58,335 nt of DNA from an uncultured Bacteroidales bacterium (GTDB lineage Bacteria > Bacteroidota > Bacteroidia > Bacteroidales > WCHB1-69). Of the stretch, positions 54,555 through 58,335 are shown piece after piece (the stretch's first letter is position 1; every line of letters begins with the position of its first letter). The stretch covers positions 1-58,335 of the forward strand of contig CALDIA010000087.1 of the NCBI GenBank assembly GCA_937901455.1. Reading direction: 5' to 3'. The notes beneath the pieces were generated by a model that saw nothing but the letters and a program-made list of their open reading frames with translations, made no database searches and was not told the DNA's origin. The position numbers and the translations under genes were made by a program.

Positions 54555-56135
54555 TCAAACAATACACCCCCCTCCACAATGGAATGAGACGGTTTGGTTA
54601 TTGCCAGTTGTCCCTGCACAGATGAGCTTTCCGTATAGATCATACACTTCATAATCTATTGTACCAGAAAAATGCCCGCAAACGAAGCAGTTGTCGCCAA
54701 TCATGCTAACAAAAGGTTTTTCTTCATCAATTATGGATAGACTTTTAACCGAGTCAGGCTCATTCAACCTGTCATAAACATAATCATAGCACTCCATTAT
54801 AAGCGATGGCGAGTTGGTTTGGGCAAAAGAGTGTGTCTGCGGACCGACAGGTACAGTGTCGTGAAAGAGAGAGGCACTTTGTGGAGTGTCGTAAAGGGTC
54901 ACGTCAATAGGACTCCAAGCAATATCACAGACACTTTGCGATATGTTTGCGGTTTCGGTCACATATACTTCTGCTCCATTGTAGGTGCCCGTGGACAAGA
55001 TGGTAGGGATGGAACGGCTGGGGTTTAATTCCAACTTTTGCAATTGGATTTTGTTACTGTAGAGGTTGGGGAGAAGCTCTCCTGTACAGGTTGTAGTAGG
55101 CACATTTCCTGTTATATATGCGGCATCCATGCCTGACAGAGCATAAGGATCCACCTGGGCAATGTAGTGAATATCCCAACAATAATTAATTCTTCCCAAC
55201 AACGTGAGCAGATTTCTCTCAGGAATATATTTAAGGTCATGTAGAAACAACTTGGCAGCTTGAAATAAAAAGAGGGAAGAGTTGGTGATGGTGCTGTAAT
55301 TATCTATCAGTGATAGAACCATCCCGTCACCTTTATCGGGAGTCCGCAGGGGGCTCCCTAACACAATGGTATGGTCGTCCAATATTTCCAAGGTGGGTCT
55401 GGATTCAGCATGTTTGTAATCAAAATGGGGTGGCGAAGCGGAATAATCCCAGCAATTAAATGAGATTACGTTGAAAAAGGGAGCGCTGAATGTATATTGC
55501 CAAACAAATAGCCCTATTTGGTCTCCGGCATATCGCTTTCCGCAAAGCACAAAACGTTCGTTAAAGGGGTCCCAGTCCACATCTGTAGCTCGTGAATCAT
55601 GCCCACTGATAGCAAAACCTATGTCGGTATTAGGCGGTGTGTTGGTCGGGCCCAGTTGACTGGTAAAAGCAGTTACAAAATCCTGGTTTTCGAGCACGAA
55701 CATGTTCACCATATTCCCATTCACATCGTAGCCGCAGCAGCCGTTCACAAAATAGTCATCTGGATATGAGGATAGTTGCACAGCATATTGTATGGTGTGA
55801 TTGGTAATTTCGTATAATCCGGCCCACGGGAGATTGTTATAACTGCCATAGATCACAATGTCTCCATCAAAATCCTCGTAGGCCCCTTGCAGGGACCATG
55901 ATCCGGAACTTTCGTAATCAGTGCCCACAGGCTGCAATGTAACAGGATTAATTTCTGAGACATACAGATTCCGGTTGTCAGCATAAAATAAATATCCGGT
56001 GCCATTGGAGTGCATGACGGTTACAGCGGAGGATGGCTTGCTGGTAGGATGCGTGTATCCCCAGTGGGCATTCTGCGCCACGCCACCGAACGCAAAGCCA
56101 AGCAACAGAAAGAAGAGAGTGACGATTTTTTTCAT
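54555..56135 (-). CDS. T9SS cargo protein with a type A (Por_Secre_tail-like) C-terminal domain truncated by a homopolymer frameshift
   Basis: Signal peptide MKKIVTLFFLLLGFAFGGVAQ; the start was set at Met11 because Met1 (56165) overlaps the promoter box. The C-terminus is ..IDYEVYDLYGKLICAGTTGNNQTVSFHCGGGCIV*. With one extra G the frame continues as GVYCLRVSDDNGNWMTRKIVVL* and ends at 54502. Confidence 0.7.
   Translation of the reverse strand: MKKIVTLFFLLLGFAFGGVAQNAHWGYTHPTSKPSSAVTVMHSNGTGYLFYADNRNLYVSEINPVTLQPVGTDYESSGSWSLQGAYEDFDGDIVIYGSYNNLPWAGLYEITNHTIQYAVQLSSYPDDYFVNGCCGYDVNGNMVNMFVLENQDFVTAFTSQLGPTNTPPNTDIGFAISGHDSRATDVDWDPFNERFVLCGKRYAGDQIGLFVWQYTFSAPFFNVISFNCWDYSASPPHFDYKHAESRPTLEILDDHTIVLGSPLRTPDKGDGMVLSLIDNYSTITNSSLFLFQAAKLFLHDLKYIPERNLLTLLGRINYCWDIHYIAQVDPYALSGMDAAYITGNVPTTTCTGELLPNLYSNKIQLQKLELNPSRSIPTILSTGTYNGAEVYVTETANISQSVCDIAWSPIDVTLYDTPQSASLFHDTVPVGPQTHSFAQTNSPSLIMECYDYVYDRLNEPDSVKSLSIIDEEKPFVSMIGDNCFVCGHFSGTIDYEVYDLYGKLICAGTTGNNQTVSFHCGGGCIV
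54567..54572 (+). repeat. C6 homopolymer (G6 on the coding strand) at the frameshift point in the CTD
   Basis: Read directly as aatacacccccctcc. Confidence 0.9.
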
Positions 56136-56162
56136 AAGTGTGTTGTTTTTTATATTTCGGGG

Positions 56163-56170
56163 CAAAGATA
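56163..56170 (-). promoter_or_regulatory. TAnnTTTG -7 box for the two tandem T9SS cargo genes
   Basis: Plus-strand caaagata lies 28 nt upstream of the ATG at 56135. Confidence 0.5.
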
Positions 56171-56322
56171 ATAAAAATAGTTAATTGTTAATAGATATCA
56201 CTTCACTTGAACGGCCTCATTAAGGGCAAAAGTTCGGCAACTCAGAATTGATGAAGAGGCTATGGGATAAAGGAAGGTCCAGAAAAAAGCAGGAGGATGG
56301 AACAACACAGGATATTATTTTG

Positions 56323-56330
56323 TATTTTTG
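56323..56330 (+). promoter_or_regulatory. TAnnTTTG -7 box (TATTTTTG) for tdh
   Basis: The motif lies 40 nt upstream of the ATG at 56370 and overlaps the ORF-track Met1 (56328). This supports the downstream start. Confidence 0.5.
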
Positions 56331-56369
56331 CATCCTCATTTTAAAAAGATAATTCTAAAAAACAATACA

Positions 56370-57323
56370 ATGAAAAAAATACTTGTTATTGGTGCCTGCG
56401 GCCAGATCGGATCCGAGTTGACACCTGCCTTGCGTAAACAATATGGTACGGACAATGTGGTTGCCGCCGATCTGATGTACCCCCTGAAGGGTGACTTGGC
56501 CGAATCAGGTCCTTCCTGCAAAATTGACGCCACCAATGCCCAAGACATTGCCGATGCAGTCAAGAAGTACAACGTTGATGCCATCTATAATCTTGCAGCC
56601 ATTTTGTCGGCCAAGGCGGAGGCTAATCCCATGTTAGGCTGGAACGTCGGCATCGGCGCACTCATTAACTGTCTGGAGGTTTCGCGTGAGTTTGGCTGCG
56701 CGCTATTCACCCCCAGCTCCATCGGTGCCTTCGGTCCCGACACGCCCCACGACATGACTCCCCAAGACACCATCCAACGACCCAAGACCATCTACGGTGT
56801 CACCAAGGTGACGGGTGAGTTGTTGAGCGACTACTACTTCAAACGCTTTGGCGTGGACACCCGCTCCGTCCGCTTCCCGGGCCTCATCTCCAATGTAACC
56901 TTGCCTGGCGGCGGCACCACCGACTACGCCGTGGAGATCTACTATGCCGCTGTCAAAGGAGAGACTTTCACCTGCCCCATCGCCAAGGGCACCTTCATGG
57001 ACATGATGTACATGCCCGATGCACTCAAGGCTGCCATGGACCTTATGGAAGCCGACCCTGCCAAGTTAGTGCACCGCAATTCATTCAACATCACAGCTAT
57101 GAGCTTCGAGCCGGAGATGATCTACAACGAGATCAAAAAACACATCCCCGACTTTAAGATGGAATACCAATATGATGAGTTGAGACAAGCGATTGCTGAC
57201 TCCTGGCCCAACCAGATGGACGACCACTGCGCACGCGAGGAGTGGGGCTTCAAGCCCTCCTACGACCTCTCATCCATGACTGAAGACATGCTCAAAGTGT
57301 TACGCCAGAAATACCAAAAATAG
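56370..57323 (+). CDS. tdh: SDR/epimerase-type L-threonine 3-dehydrogenase
   Basis: It has the Rossmann N-terminus MKKILVIGACGQIGSEL and the YGVTK catalytic motif. Overall it resembles the UDP-glucose-4-epimerase-like Tdh family. The substrate assignment is by resemblance only. Confidence 0.7.
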   Translation: MKKILVIGACGQIGSELTPALRKQYGTDNVVAADLMYPLKGDLAESGPSCKIDATNAQDIADAVKKYNVDAIYNLAAILSAKAEANPMLGWNVGIGALINCLEVSREFGCALFTPSSIGAFGPDTPHDMTPQDTIQRPKTIYGVTKVTGELLSDYYFKRFGVDTRSVRFPGLISNVTLPGGGTTDYAVEIYYAAVKGETFTCPIAKGTFMDMMYMPDALKAAMDLMEADPAKLVHRNSFNITAMSFEPEMIYNEIKKHIPDFKMEYQYDELRQAIADSWPNQMDDHCAREEWGFKPSYDLSSMTEDMLKVLRQKYQK

Positions 57324-57342
57324 ACCATAACACGCAATCCAC

Positions 57343-57378
57343 AAAAAAGGCTGATCCCGCCAGGAATCAGCCTTTTTT
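57343..57378. terminator. Bidirectional hairpin terminator between tdh and the TlpA-like gene
   Basis: The sequence is aaaaaaggctgatcccgccaggaatcagcctttttt, with stem ggctgat/atcagcc, an A-run 5' and a T-run 3'. Confidence 0.7.
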
Positions 57379-57395
57379 AATGTTAGTCAACACAA

Positions 57396-58335
57396 TTATT
57401 GCTGCTCAAGCAACTGTTTCACGGCACGTTCAAGCGCTTCACCGCGCAAATCCTTAGCCACGATACGGCCCTCCTTGTCAAGCAGAAAAGTGGCCGGAAT
57501 GGAGCGGACCCCATAGATGGCGGCAGCCTTCGACTGCCATTGTTTCAAGTCGCTCACATGGTTAGGCCAAACCAGTTTGTCGGCCGCTATGGCACCTTTC
57601 CAAGAATTGGCATCACGATCCAGAGACACGCTATAAATCTCAAAACCCTTGTCATGATATTGACTATACACACGACGTACATTGGGGTTCTCGCGACGAC
57701 AAGGGCCGCACCATGACGCCCAGAAATCAACCAAGACCACCTTGCCACGAAGGTCGGACAATTTCAGCATCTTACCATCGGGGTTGGGAAACTCCAATTC
57801 AGGAGCAATGGCGCCAACAGATGTTCCACTGGGGGCTGCCGTTAGCATATTCCAGCGCTCCTTCACAATCGGATGCTCAGGATACTTCTTGACCAACGCC
57901 CCAAATACATCCTTATGCAACTGGCTATTCTGCTCGCGCGGAAACATATCTATAAACATCACCGTGGCAATGTCTTCCTTGTTGGCCTCAATGGCCTCCT
58001 TTATCTTATTGTTCAAGTAGGCATCATTGTCGTTATACACTTTCTGATACTTGCCTACCACATCCCGCTGGATCCTCTGCGATGAGGTAACCAACGAGGA
58101 GCCCTGATTTCTGGTATTGGCAACGCTCTGCTCGTAGGTGCCCTTGGAAGCCAGAATCTCAGCCATTCGCCCGCCCAACTCATTAATCACACGGTTGGAC
58201 CAATGTGCTTTGTTGGACTTCTTGGCCAATAAATCGTTATAGGCCAGACTGTCATAATAATTCATCAACTCCTTTACATTACCGACAATAGAGCCCAGCG
58301 TCTGTTCAGCCACTTTGTGACGGGCATCCACCTCC
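57396..58335 (-). CDS. TlpA/ResA-like thiol:disulfide oxidoreductase (thioredoxin fold), 5'-truncated by the window edge
   Basis: It has the motif VLVDFWASWCGPCRRENP (WCxxC). The frame stays open to the end of the window. Confidence 0.8.
   Translation of the reverse strand, partial: EVDARHKVAEQTLGSIVGNVKELMNYYDSLAYNDLLAKKSNKAHWSNRVINELGGRMAEILASKGTYEQSVANTRNQGSSLVTSSQRIQRDVVGKYQKVYNDNDAYLNNKIKEAIEANKEDIATVMFIDMFPREQNSQLHKDVFGALVKKYPEHPIVKERWNMLTAAPSGTSVGAIAPELEFPNPDGKMLKLSDLRGKVVLVDFWASWCGPCRRENPNVRRVYSQYHDKGFEIYSVSLDRDANSWKGAIAADKLVWPNHVSDLKQWQSKAAAIYGVRSIPATFLLDKEGRIVAKDLRGEALERAVKQLLEQQ

Noticed and set aside
1-58335. Mobile elements, prophage, CRISPR arrays, tRNA or rRNA genes, and defence or toxin-antitoxin cassettes.
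   Set aside because: I recognised no transposase, integrase, recombinase, Cas, restriction-modification or phage-structural motifs in any long ORF. There are no regularly spaced direct repeats and no tRNA-like cloverleaf candidates in the intergenic gaps. The only possible mobile-element signal is the inverted-termini island at 11334-11916.

Overview
This 58.3-kb window is chromosomal DNA from a Bacteroidota genome. The taxon call rests on TAnnTTTG -7 promoter boxes in front of most transcription units, PorV, GldF/GldG, and both type A and type B T9SS C-terminal sorting domains. Gene content is mostly housekeeping: uvrA, speB, clpC, kdsC, ispF, dcp, ahcY, hydG, mreB, metK, fabD, nrdJ, era, lpxH, waaA, rsmA, serS and tdh. 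Envelope and secreted proteins of unknown function are interspersed. I found no rRNA, tRNA, CRISPR array, transposase, integrase, or recognisable defence or toxin cassette. No clear multi-gene novel system stands out. The items most worth a second look are listed here. (1) A 583-bp GC-rich island at 11334-11916 that does not look coding. It has inverted termini, an 18-nt direct repeat and several perfect GC helices, and it sits between two divergent promoters. It could be a structured RNA or a MITE. (2) A TPR gene is split by a 19-bp insertion that contains the Illumina adapter 3' end plus a 6-bp duplication. Removing it restores one 619-aa ORF, so this is an assembly artefact. (3) A C6/G6 homopolymer frameshift removes the last strands of a T9SS type A sorting domain. 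One extra G restores a textbook tail. (4) Some single ORFs show sharp GC mosaicism. The clearest case is a roughly 1.2-kb, about 65-70% GC cassette (Ig repeats plus type B CTD) fused to a roughly 30% GC N-terminal region. (5) nrdJ has a Cys-rich zinc-ribbon tail and is followed 9 nt downstream by an orphan CCG-domain (HdrB/LutA-like) Fe-S protein. All functional calls come from motif recognition by eye. No database search was run.
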